Source: a virus (Duplodnaviria > Caudoviricetes). From it: a DNA stretch of 25,956 bases. The position numbers and the translations under genes were made by a program. Shown piece after piece: positions 1 to 8,187 of this stretch; within the stretch, counting starts at the first letter, position 1; each line of letters starts with the position of its first letter. The notes under the pieces are model-generated. The model worked only from the letters and a program-made list of their open reading frames with translations. It was not told the origin of the DNA and did not search any database. The DNA lies in the IMG/VR virus record IMGVR_UViG_3300031184_000008, positions 1-25,956 of that record; one strand, written 5' to 3'.

Positions 1-1211
1 ATCTCGCGCCGGTTCAGTTCCCGAAGCTGCTCGAAGTAGGCGAACTGCTTCGGCACCTGCTTGAAGGCGTCGCGGTTATCCGAGACCCAGTCCTTCGCGT
101 TGCTCGCAAGGGTCTTTCGCAAGGTCGCGTCTTCGATCAGGAGCGAAAGCTGCGCGACGAACTCGGCCGGCGTCTCGAACAGCAGGCCGGTCTCCCCGGG
201 CAGGATCTCGTCCTTGTAGGGGCCGGTCGCCTGCGCCAAGGTCGCCGCCGGCTTCTTCAGGACCGAGCCCTCGTAGAACTTGATCGCCGAGCGACAGCGG
301 TTGAAGCGGTTGTTGTTGAGCGGTGCGAGGTTGATGTCGTGGTTCATCATCGCGAGCCGGAGCTTGTATTCCGGGTACGGGCACCAGTTCTTGAACGTGT
401 AGCGGTCCGGGGGGATCAGTTCCGTCACCCAGTTGTACATCTGCCCCCAGATCGTCCAGTGCACATGCGGGTACTTGCGCGTGATCTCGCCCAAGGCCTC
501 GCGCAGCGGATACCAGTCCTCGTAGTGGCTCGCCCCACCCTGCCAGAGAATGTTGAGCCGCGCGGGATCCTGTGCCAACGCCACCTGCTCGTAGTGGTCG
601 AAGCGCACCAGATTCGGGAACACCTGCACGCGCCGCGGCTTCGCGTCCGCCTTCACGCACGCCGCCACGTGCGGCGTCGAGCACGTCACCGCGTCCGCCA
701 TGTCGACGATCTGGCGATAGGTCTCGATGGTCTGGCGGTTGCGCGTGATGTCGAAGCCGTCCTTGCCGTCCTGCCAGAGCACCTTCTTCTCGCCGTTCTG
801 CATCACGCCGATCATGTGCCCGGGCGGGATGTCCACCCCCTCGTGGTCGCGAATCCCCAAGCCCCGATAGGCGACGTTGTAGGGATTCACGTTGAACAGG
901 TTGTCGTCGGTGTCGATCACCACGCTCGGGGGATACTTCCAGCCGCCGTCGCGCTTGGACGGCAGGAAGCGCTTCGCGGTCCGCAGATTCTGCAACGTCG
1001 CGTCGCTCACCGCCTGATACAACTGGATGATGTCGGCTTCGCAGAACGCCGTCATCCGCTGCTGCGGGTCCACCGACCCGTCAGTGTCCACGTGCACACG
1101 GATCGGCAGCCCCAAGTCGCGTGCCGTGTGATACGGGACGAACAGGCGGTAGTAGAAGCTCGCGTTCCAGTTGCTCGGAATGTACGTGTAGAAGACGAGG
1201 GGCTCGGCCAT
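1..1211 (-). CDS. GT-B (GT4-like) glycosyltransferase, 3' end truncated by window edge
   Basis: Not in the ORF track; translated by hand from ATG 1211 (TAATG overlap): MAEPLVFYTYIPSNWNASFYYRLFVP...VVIDTDDNLF...ADAVTCSTPHV...ILWQGGASHYEDW...DINLAPLNNNRFNRCRSAIKFYEG...GETGLLF, open to the edge (>400 aa). These motifs are typical of phage GT-B proteins. Confidence 0.85.
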   Translation of the reverse strand, partial: MAEPLVFYTYIPSNWNASFYYRLFVPYHTARDLGLPIRVHVDTDGSVDPQQRMTAFCEADIIQLYQAVSDATLQNLRTAKRFLPSKRDGGWKYPPSVVIDTDDNLFNVNPYNVAYRGLGIRDHEGVDIPPGHMIGVMQNGEKKVLWQDGKDGFDITRNRQTIETYRQIVDMADAVTCSTPHVAACVKADAKPRRVQVFPNLVRFDHYEQVALAQDPARLNILWQGGASHYEDWYPLREALGEITRKYPHVHWTIWGQMYNWVTELIPPDRYTFKNWCPYPEYKLRLAMMNHDINLAPLNNNRFNRCRSAIKFYEGSVLKKPAATLAQATGPYKDEILPGETGLLFETPAEFVAQLSLLIEDATLRKTLASNAKDWVSDNRDAFKQVPKQFAYFEQLRELNRRE

Positions 1212-1429
1212 TACTTCTTCCGGAACTTGGCGATCACGCGCTTGCCGAAGTTGACGAGCTTCTCGCCCGGCGTCTCGGCGTTGAACTCGGGATGCGCGCC
1301 GGGCTGAATACCGCCCCCGCTGCGCGCCGCACCCACGTTGCGGCTCTCCAAGTCGTTCGTCCGGAAACCGACCTTCACGCTGTCGGGCCGCGACTTCACG
1401 GAACGCTTCCCAAAAATCGTCAGAGGCAT
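1211..1429 (-). CDS. Small basic hypothetical protein (72 aa)
   Basis: ATG 1429 overlaps the upstream stop (TGATG) and its stop overlaps the GT start; MPLTIFGKRSVKSRPD... Confidence 0.7.
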   Translation of the reverse strand: MPLTIFGKRSVKSRPDSVKVGFRTNDLESRNVGAARSGGGIQPGAHPEFNAETPGEKLVNFGKRVIAKFRKK

Positions 1430-1782
1430 CAGAGCGCCACCTTCCCGTCGATCATCGTCAGTTGCTTCGAGATCGGATCCTTGCGCCGATCGTACGTGCA
1501 GTGCTGCGGGTGCTTGGAAAGCCACCGGTAGAAGTCCTTCTTGTTCTTCATCCAGTCCGGGTTCAGCACGTGCGCGAGCGACTCGATCGGCCCCTGCAAG
1601 CTCGCGACCCGGTAGAAGCCGTTCGCCTTCGCTGCCTCGTCGACACCCATCACCGTGCCCATGCGGTCCTGCTGGCGCAGTTCGTGGATCGCGTTGTAGC
1701 GGTCCGCGTACGCCGGATTCGCCGCCATCCGCTCGGTGACGAGATCCAGCGCCTCGTCCGACTTGTCGACGAAGAAGCTCAC
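1429..1782 (-). CDS. Hypothetical protein in head module (117 aa)
   Basis: GTG 1782 in a GTGA overlap; C-terminal part of track ORF 1429..2211 (VSFFVDKSDEALD...). Confidence 0.75.
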   Translation of the reverse strand: MSFFVDKSDEALDLVTERMAANPAYADRYNAIHELRQQDRMGTVMGVDEAAKANGFYRVASLQGPIESLAHVLNPDWMKNKKDFYRWLSKHPQHCTYDRRKDPISKQLTMIDGKVAL

Positions 1783-2096
1783 TTGGCCCCCGGCATCCCC
1801 GGATAGGGGTCGGCGTGGGTGCCACGCTTCGCGTCGCTGCCCTGAAGATCGTGCGCCTCGGAGCGCTTCGCCCAGTCGGGCGTGCCCGGGGCCGAGCCCT
1901 GTTCCGGCGAGTGGCCGACGAAGGTCGGATCGCTCATCGCGCCCGGGATCGGGCCGCCGCCGTCCGTCTGATACGGCGTCTCGCGCACGTTGTAGTCGGC
2001 CTCGATCGAGCCGAAGCCCTGAATCACGTCGGGATCCCAGCCGTTCTGCTTGCTGATGATCTTGAGCGAGCGCGACTGGTTGTTCATGCGAGACAT
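1779..2096 (-). CDS. Hypothetical protein downstream of major capsid (105 aa, G/P/D-rich)
   Basis: Strong SD (GAAAGGAG) upstream of ATG 2096; coupled to the next gene. Confidence 0.75.
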   Translation of the reverse strand: MSRMNNQSRSLKIISKQNGWDPDVIQGFGSIEADYNVRETPYQTDGGGPIPGAMSDPTFVGHSPEQGSAPGTPDWAKRSEAHDLQGSDAKRGTHADPYPGMPGAK

Positions 2097-2122
2097 GCTG
2101 ATCTCCTTTCCGGTTCAGCCGA

Positions 2123-2144
2123 GGCGGGGCCAACACGCCCCGCC
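2123..2144 (-). terminator. GC hairpin after the capsid gene (attenuator or mRNA-stabilising stem)
   Basis: GGCGGGGC-caacac-GCCCCGCC perfect 8-bp stem just after the capsid stop; no U-tract. Confidence 0.4.
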
Positions 2145-2162
2145 CCAGCGTCCCCGAATGAA

Positions 2163-3167
2163 CTACGACACCAGACCCGCGGCGCCCGTCACGAACGTGA
2201 AGGCCGCCCACGAGGACGGGTGCGAAAGCTCAAGGGTCAGTTCCATCAGGAGCAGCCCCTTGGTGTTGTCGCCGGTCTTGCCCATCTCCTTGTGCTGCGG
2301 CGGGCGGTAGAATGCGAGCTTGCCCATCGAGCGATCGCCGAGGAAGTAGGCGTAGCCGTTCGCCGACGTCGTCCCCATCGGAATGAACCGATCGGTGATG
2401 ACCGCGAACAACTGGTTGAACGGCGTCTCGAAGACGTCGATGTTCGCCACCAGCCGCTGATCCGTGGCCGCGATGTTGCGGACATTGATCGCCGTGCCCA
2501 TCGTCTGATTCACGAACTGGAGCTTGCTGGACGGCGCGAACCAGACGGAGTCGGGCTCGGCACCGTTGTTGAACATCGTCATCGCGAGATTGACCATGTC
2601 GCCGGTCGCGAAGACCGTCACCGCCGCGGCCGAGGCCGTGGAGATGGAGCCGCCGCCACCGAACAGACCGCGCAGACCGACCATGAGCGGCGAGTTGGAA
2701 ACCGCCGAGGACTCGATACCCGTTGCCGCCGAGGCGGTGATGGACGAGTTCTTGAAGATGGTGTACTCGCAGTTGCGGGCGAGCACCTTCATCTCCTTCA
2801 TGATCTGGTGGTCGTACATATCGCGAATGCCGGCCGGGTTGGCAACCCGCTCGCGATCCGACACGGCCACGTCACGCCGGAAGATCTGCGTGTTGTTGTA
2901 GAGCCGCAGCGGCGTGGTGAGCGCGTCGCCCGCGTGCTCGGCGCCGTCCGGCGAGCCCGCCGACGAAACCGCCGTCAGCGAGTCGATCGGCCAGCTATGG
3001 ACCACGTCCCGGGCTCGGATCTTCGGAGCACCCGAGAAGAACGGGGTCTGGAAGCTGTCGATGATGGTGAGAACGTCGGTCAGATCCTCGTGATGGACCG
3101 CACCGGCGCTCGGAAAGAACCCGATGTCGAACGTCGACAGCAGGTTGGCAGGAAGTGCACCAGCCAT
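2163..3167 (-). CDS. Major capsid protein, SU10/DUF5309-like
   Basis: 334 aa with EDLTDVLTII..QTPF, HSWPIDSL, NNTQIFRRDVAVS, FETPF and ELTLEL motifs; follows portal and scaffold; SD AAGGAGGGAG. Confidence 0.9.
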   Translation of the reverse strand: MAGALPANLLSTFDIGFFPSAGAVHHEDLTDVLTIIDSFQTPFFSGAPKIRARDVVHSWPIDSLTAVSSAGSPDGAEHAGDALTTPLRLYNNTQIFRRDVAVSDRERVANPAGIRDMYDHQIMKEMKVLARNCEYTIFKNSSITASAATGIESSAVSNSPLMVGLRGLFGGGGSISTASAAAVTVFATGDMVNLAMTMFNNGAEPDSVWFAPSSKLQFVNQTMGTAINVRNIAATDQRLVANIDVFETPFNQLFAVITDRFIPMGTTSANGYAYFLGDRSMGKLAFYRPPQHKEMGKTGDNTKGLLLMELTLELSHPSSWAAFTFVTGAAGLVS

Positions 3168-3205
3168 TGTTCGCTCCCTCCTTGGAGCGGCAACCTCGTG
3201 ACGTC

Positions 3206-3871
3206 TTACTTATTCAGGAAGTCGTCCGAGACCGCCTGTGACAACCGCGCCTTAGCGAAGGCCCGAGGATCGCCCGTCTTCTGGTAGTGCTCCCACGTCC
3301 GGTTCAGCCGCTCGTCCTGCTGGGCGGCCGGCTGGGTGCGCGCATCGCCGGCTCGGCTGCTCGGAATCTGCGCCTCAGAACGCGCGATCTGCTGCGGCGT
3401 CGAGTCCCCGTTCGGGTGCTCGCGACGCTTCACATCGCCGTACTTGAGAAACGCGAACTCCATCGCCGAGACCGGATCCGCCGCGAACAGCTTCTGATAG
3501 CTCTGCGACAGGGAGGGGTCTTCGTTGATGAACTGGGCGACATCGGCCTCGTATTTCTGGTAGTCGGGGTGTGACGACAGCATCGAGTTGCGGGCCATCG
3601 CGCCACGCGCGATCGGCTCGAACGTCTCGTTCACTCGCGAGCGAACGTATTCGTCGAGCGCATCCACCGGCACGCCATATTCGGCAAGCCGGCTCGCGGG
3701 GTCGCCACGCTGGGGAACGGCCTGTCGCTGAACCTGCTGTTCGAGCAGGGTGCGGGCCGCCGCTTCCGCGGTGTCAGCGCGTTGACGCTGACGCTTCCCT
3801 TCGTCGCTCGACGATCGGTAAGCCTTCACCAGATCATCGACCGAATCGTATCCTGCAAACTCGTCTGCCAT
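3206..3871 (-). CDS. Putative capsid scaffolding protein
   Basis: Charged helical ~221 aa protein directly upstream of the capsid gene; YDSVDDLVKAY N-terminal motif. Start 3871 preferred over 3880 on SD spacing. Confidence 0.7.
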   Translation of the reverse strand: MADEFAGYDSVDDLVKAYRSSSDEGKRQRQRADTAEAAARTLLEQQVQRQAVPQRGDPASRLAEYGVPVDALDEYVRSRVNETFEPIARGAMARNSMLSSHPDYQKYEADVAQFINEDPSLSQSYQKLFAADPVSAMEFAFLKYGDVKRREHPNGDSTPQQIARSEAQIPSSRAGDARTQPAAQQDERLNRTWEHYQKTGDPRAFAKARLSQAVSDDFLNK

Positions 3872-3886
3872 CTTGAGCATCCTTGC

Positions 3887-4201
3887 TCACGGGTTCGCCG
3901 TGCTTGGGGTTCCATCCCTCCCGCGGTCGAGTTCGTCGAGGCGGGCGTTGCGGTCGTGGACGAGAAGTTCGTTCTCCCACGCCGTCACCATCCACTCATC
4001 CTCACGGATCATCGCACGAAGCACATCGTCGTCCGTGTCGAAGACCGTCTTCGCGTAGCTCGTGGCTCGTTCGGAGCGCGAGAGCGTCAGCGCCTTGATC
4101 GCGGTTCGTGCCCGATCCGCGATCTTCGGCTTCATCACATCATTCCATCCGTCGCCGGTCAGCACAACCCGAATTTTGTTGATCTGGTCCTCGTTGAGCA
4201 C
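3887..4201 (-). CDS. Small head-module protein between portal and scaffold (104 aa)
   Basis: GTG start abuts the portal stop; helical, charged. Confidence 0.75.
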   Translation of the reverse strand: MLNEDQINKIRVVLTGDGWNDVMKPKIADRARTAIKALTLSRSERATSYAKTVFDTDDDVLRAMIREDEWMVTAWENELLVHDRNARLDELDRGRDGTPSTANP

Positions 4202-6133
4202 CTAGCCCCCTGTCCCGCCGGTCATGGTGCCCACCATCGAGGGCGCCGCGTTGTTGCCGAGCATCTGGAGCAGGCCCGGATTGAGCCCCTGCAAGGGCTG
4301 GCCGGCGGCGTTTGCCACCGCCATCGGGTCCATCCCGCTCTCCTGCGCCATCATGTTCACCATCGGCACCTGCTGGACGAGCAGTTCGTCGACGTTCGGG
4401 TAGTCGAACAACTCGAACGCCTGCCGCGCGAAGTTGGCCCAGTTGACGATCTGCATCATCGCCGGGTTCGCGTTCAACACCTGCAAGAGCGAGACGAGGT
4501 TCTGCTGGCGGACCGAGCGCGACAGCATCTGGCTCGCCCCCACCGCGCGGGCGCGGTAGTCGGGGACGAGGTCGTCTTGGTCAATCGACACGTCGGTCGA
4601 CTGGTACGGGAGCCCGGTCCCGGGGTTCACCGTGGCGAGGCTCCCCAAGATCTTGATCTCATGCGGGAGGTCGAGCATCACGCGGTCCTGATTGCGAAAC
4701 TCGTTGGCGAGCGGCTCGACGAACTGTTCCTCCAAAAGCCGCGCCTCGAACGAGAGCCGCGTCATCACGTTCTCCTGCCGGCCGAGGAAGCCGCGCGCGG
4801 TCTCGCGATCGCCCTGCGAGAGACCCATGATGATGTCGTTGATGCCCACGCCCAACTGCATGAACTGCCAGAGTTGGCCGATCTCCTGATACGCGGCCTG
4901 CACCCCCTGCATGTTGGGCGCCATCGCGCGGACGTTGCTGTCGTCGGCGGCACCGTCCACCAAGAGGATCCGCCCCGCGCGCGTGAACAGGTTCTGCGAG
5001 TTCACGTTCGCCGAGTTCGACATCACCCACATCGGGTCGATCAGTTGATCGAGCGCGTCGAGCTTCTGGTTGGCAAGCCGGTTGGCGGTCATCTGCGGGC
5101 CGTAGGCGACCTCCGCCTTGCCGACGCCGTCGAAGCTGTAGGGGTCGGGCATCGGCGCGTAGGAGAGCCACGGCTTCTTGCCCGGGAACTGGCTGGGCCG
5201 GTTCTTCAGGACGACGCGGCCGTTGCCGATCGCGATGCAGCGATCGCGAATCCCGTCGGGTGCGAACTCGGCCGGCACCGTCCCGTGCATCTCCCACACC
5301 TCGATCGGCTTGTTGAAGCGCAGGGACGAGCGCGCGGTGTAGTCGTATTCGTTGCGGTACATGACGCGGCGCTCCTGAAACATCGTCTGCGCCCCTTGGC
5401 CCATCGGGTAGTCGCGCAAGAGGCGGACCGCGATCGGGTCGAAGTAGCCGTCCGGCTGCTGGGCATCCTCCAGCATCTCGTCCAAGTCGAGCCAGTAGCG
5501 CTCGATCGCCCAGTCCATGTCCTCGATCCGCTTCTTCGCCGGCTGCTGCCAGAAGTCGAGCCGGTCAATCGCCTTCCACGTCGGGCCGTTGAATAGTTCG
5601 CTGTCCTGCTCATGCAGTACCGGCACCCGCAGCCCCGGGGCGATCGACTCGTAGCGGACGAACTTCGACTTGCGAACGGTATGCTTCCAGCCGTAGCGCG
5701 CGACCGCGGTGCCGCAGATGTCGGCTTGCAGCATGAAGTCCACGGCGTTCAGGAGCGAGCCGCAGTCCTTCATCTGGGCCGAGATCAGGACGCTGTTCTT
5801 CTTGGCCCGCCCGACGTCTTCCGGTGCGTACCCTTCAAACTCGACGATCGGCCATGCGCCGAACGTGGTCTGCACCTTGCGCGCGACGTCCGACTGGATC
5901 ATCGCGAAGGTGAAGGGCAGCGTCACGTTGTTGCGAAACTGCGAGAGCCGCCCCTGCCAGTAGCCGCGGTAGCTGTTGTACCAGTTCTGGAGGCGCGCGA
6001 AGATCGAGTAGTTGTAGCGCAGCGACTCCTGCCGGCGGGTGTCGACCAGTTCGATCGTCCGCGCACTGCTCGGCCCCGCCACGCGGGAGTCGCGCGACGG
6101 GGCGCCGGTGTTCAGATTGATTCCGGAGGCCAT
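4202..6133 (-). CDS. Portal protein
   Basis: 643 aa between terminase and scaffold; ICGTAVARYGW, PDPYSFDGVG, ETARGF motifs and Q/M/G-rich C-terminus typical of SU10/P22-like portals. Confidence 0.88.
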   Translation of the reverse strand: MASGINLNTGAPSRDSRVAGPSSARTIELVDTRRQESLRYNYSIFARLQNWYNSYRGYWQGRLSQFRNNVTLPFTFAMIQSDVARKVQTTFGAWPIVEFEGYAPEDVGRAKKNSVLISAQMKDCGSLLNAVDFMLQADICGTAVARYGWKHTVRKSKFVRYESIAPGLRVPVLHEQDSELFNGPTWKAIDRLDFWQQPAKKRIEDMDWAIERYWLDLDEMLEDAQQPDGYFDPIAVRLLRDYPMGQGAQTMFQERRVMYRNEYDYTARSSLRFNKPIEVWEMHGTVPAEFAPDGIRDRCIAIGNGRVVLKNRPSQFPGKKPWLSYAPMPDPYSFDGVGKAEVAYGPQMTANRLANQKLDALDQLIDPMWVMSNSANVNSQNLFTRAGRILLVDGAADDSNVRAMAPNMQGVQAAYQEIGQLWQFMQLGVGINDIIMGLSQGDRETARGFLGRQENVMTRLSFEARLLEEQFVEPLANEFRNQDRVMLDLPHEIKILGSLATVNPGTGLPYQSTDVSIDQDDLVPDYRARAVGASQMLSRSVRQQNLVSLLQVLNANPAMMQIVNWANFARQAFELFDYPNVDELLVQQVPMVNMMAQESGMDPMAVANAAGQPLQGLNPGLLQMLGNNAAPSMVGTMTGGTGG

Positions 6134-6154
6134 CCGTGGCCTTTCTGCGCTCGC

Positions 6155-6985
6155 CTACGCGGGCGCTTCGACTCCGACGTGCAGCCATCGGTCGCGAAAC
6201 GCGGGCCATGTGTCCCGCAGTTCGCGTTCCGTGTCGTTGATCTGATTCTCGCCCAAGTTCGACCAGATGACCTTCGCGTACTCGCCGATCGGGTCGTGCA
6301 CCCGCACGCAGGGGATCCCCAGCAAGCTCGCCAAGACCACGTTGGAAGACCCCGAGCCGATCACCATCTTCGCATTCGCCATGAACTCGGCGAGCTTCAA
6401 GAAATCCCCCTGATCGTCGAAGGAAGTCCACTGCGGGTAGACCTCCAAGGCGCGCGCGCGTTCCTCGTCCGTCCCGACGAAGACGATCTCGTCGAAGCGG
6501 GTTGCCAGATCGTCGGCCTGATCGGAGAGGAAGCGCCAGAAGCCCGGAACACCGCTCATATGGCTCATGAACGTCCCGTGCAGGACCAACCGGCGGTGCT
6601 CGATCGCGGGGGAGACCACCGTCAGGCAGCGCTGGTTATCGCGCCGAGTGATCGAGAGCGGCACCTGATCGAGTGCGTCGAGCGTGATTTGGCGCATCGG
6701 GAAGCGGCGCATCCCGAGGTGGTAGATCTCGTGGTCCATGTGGTCCTTCATCGAGAGGCCGAAGTCCCACGGCTGCCCGCCCATATGCCAACTGGTGATC
6801 CCCGGCTTCAACTCGACGGCGTCGACGAACGGCTGTGCCGCGAACAGCTTCACCAGCGGCTTGCAGGTCGTCTCGTCGAGCCAGATCGTGCACGTCGTCT
6901 TCTGGTCCACGCAGTACCAGTAGGCGACCGGGAACTCGTGGAGCGAATCGCCCAGCTTGCCGGGCATCGTGAAGACGAGGCTCAT
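6155..6985 (-). CDS. GT9 (heptosyltransferase)-like glycosyltransferase
   Basis: ATG 6985 (ATGA overlap); N-terminal PGKLGDSL and C-terminal LAEFMANAKMVIGSGSSNVVLASLLGIP match GT9 signatures. Confidence 0.75.
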   Translation of the reverse strand: MSLVFTMPGKLGDSLHEFPVAYWYCVDQKTTCTIWLDETTCKPLVKLFAAQPFVDAVELKPGITSWHMGGQPWDFGLSMKDHMDHEIYHLGMRRFPMRQITLDALDQVPLSITRRDNQRCLTVVSPAIEHRRLVLHGTFMSHMSGVPGFWRFLSDQADDLATRFDEIVFVGTDEERARALEVYPQWTSFDDQGDFLKLAEFMANAKMVIGSGSSNVVLASLLGIPCVRVHDPIGEYAKVIWSNLGENQINDTERELRDTWPAFRDRWLHVGVEAPA

Positions 6986-8187
6986 AGGACCAGTCCGATG
7001 TCGGGCAGGGGATACAGGAACGTGGTGCCGGCGGCGCGGACGTGCGCTTCGCGGATGTCGAACTCGGGCTTGAACGCCCACGGCAGCGCCAAGGCGTAGC
7101 GCGGCGCCGCCTCGCGGAACTCGGCCTCGCTCTTGATCGGCAGCCACGTGCCGACCATCCGCAGGCCGTGCTTGCGCGCGTTGCGGTCGGCGACCGCCTC
7201 GAAATACTCGTGCATGTCGAGGTACTGCATCAGGGTCGAGCCCTTGGTGGACGCCCCGTAGGCCCACAGGTGGGGGCCGATGTTCGCGATCAGGTTGCCG
7301 AAGACGTGGCGCCACTTCCGCACGCGCTTCGCGAACGCCTCGGCGTCGTCGCTGGAGACGTTCGCGATGCCGCCCAACAGCCCGACCGGGGGCGAGAGGA
7401 CGCCCGAGGCGCGGCGCGCGATGACGCGCATCGAGGATCCGTTCGTCTCGTTGAAGGAGATGGATTCGATCAGGAGGCCGTGGCGGCGGTAGAGAGCGTC
7501 CAAGCTCCACGCGTCGTAGTAGCAGACGTGCTCGTGACAGATCGCGTCGAACGCGTTCTGCTGGAGCATGGAGGGGGCGTCGTTCAGTTGGTTGATCCAG
7601 ATGCCGTGCTCGGTGAGGGAGTCGTAGATGTCATCGAGGAAGGGACCGGGGCGGTCCAAGTCGTAGAACATCGCGGCCGAGGTGATGACGTTGAAGCGCT
7701 CGCCGCCGGTCGCCTTGGCCGTGAAGTAGTCGCTGACGACGTGGTCGGCCAGTTCCTGAAGCTCGCTCGCGAAGTTCAACGCCGGCTCGACCGCGACCTT
7801 GCGAAACTCCTGACTCACGCACGAGAGCAGGTAGCCGTCGTTCGCCCCGATGTCCAGCCACGCGCCCGCGGTGAAGAACATCTCGCCCACCCGCACGATG
7901 TCGGCGAGCGAGGCGCGCATCGACTCGTTGATGCCGCTGCGATACCAGAACTCTCGGTACAGCAGGTCGGGATCGACGGTGTGCGCGAGTTGCAGCAGGC
8001 CGCACTCGGCGCAGCGGATCAATTCGAGGGGCGCCTTCGGGAGGTCGGTGTCGGCTTCGGGGACGAAGCGGGGCAGATACTGGACGCCGAGGTCCAAGAT
8101 CGGCATCAGGTGGTGGGATTCGCAGGCGCGACAGGTCGCGCGCGGTTGGAAGATCGGCGTTGCGGTGCTCTGGGGCGCTGGCTTCAT
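6982..8187 (-). CDS. NDP-hexose C-methyltransferase-like SAM-dependent methyltransferase
   Basis: CRAC...CAECGLLQL Zn site, LDIGANDG SAM motif, FDAICHEHVCYY and YGASTKG: architecture of TylCIII/NovU-type sugar C-methyltransferases. ATG 8187 overlaps the terminase stop. Confidence 0.88.
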   Translation of the reverse strand: MKPAPQSTATPIFQPRATCRACESHHLMPILDLGVQYLPRFVPEADTDLPKAPLELIRCAECGLLQLAHTVDPDLLYREFWYRSGINESMRASLADIVRVGEMFFTAGAWLDIGANDGYLLSCVSQEFRKVAVEPALNFASELQELADHVVSDYFTAKATGGERFNVITSAAMFYDLDRPGPFLDDIYDSLTEHGIWINQLNDAPSMLQQNAFDAICHEHVCYYDAWSLDALYRRHGLLIESISFNETNGSSMRVIARRASGVLSPPVGLLGGIANVSSDDAEAFAKRVRKWRHVFGNLIANIGPHLWAYGASTKGSTLMQYLDMHEYFEAVADRNARKHGLRMVGTWLPIKSEAEFREAAPRYALALPWAFKPEFDIREAHVRAAGTTFLYPLPDIGLVL

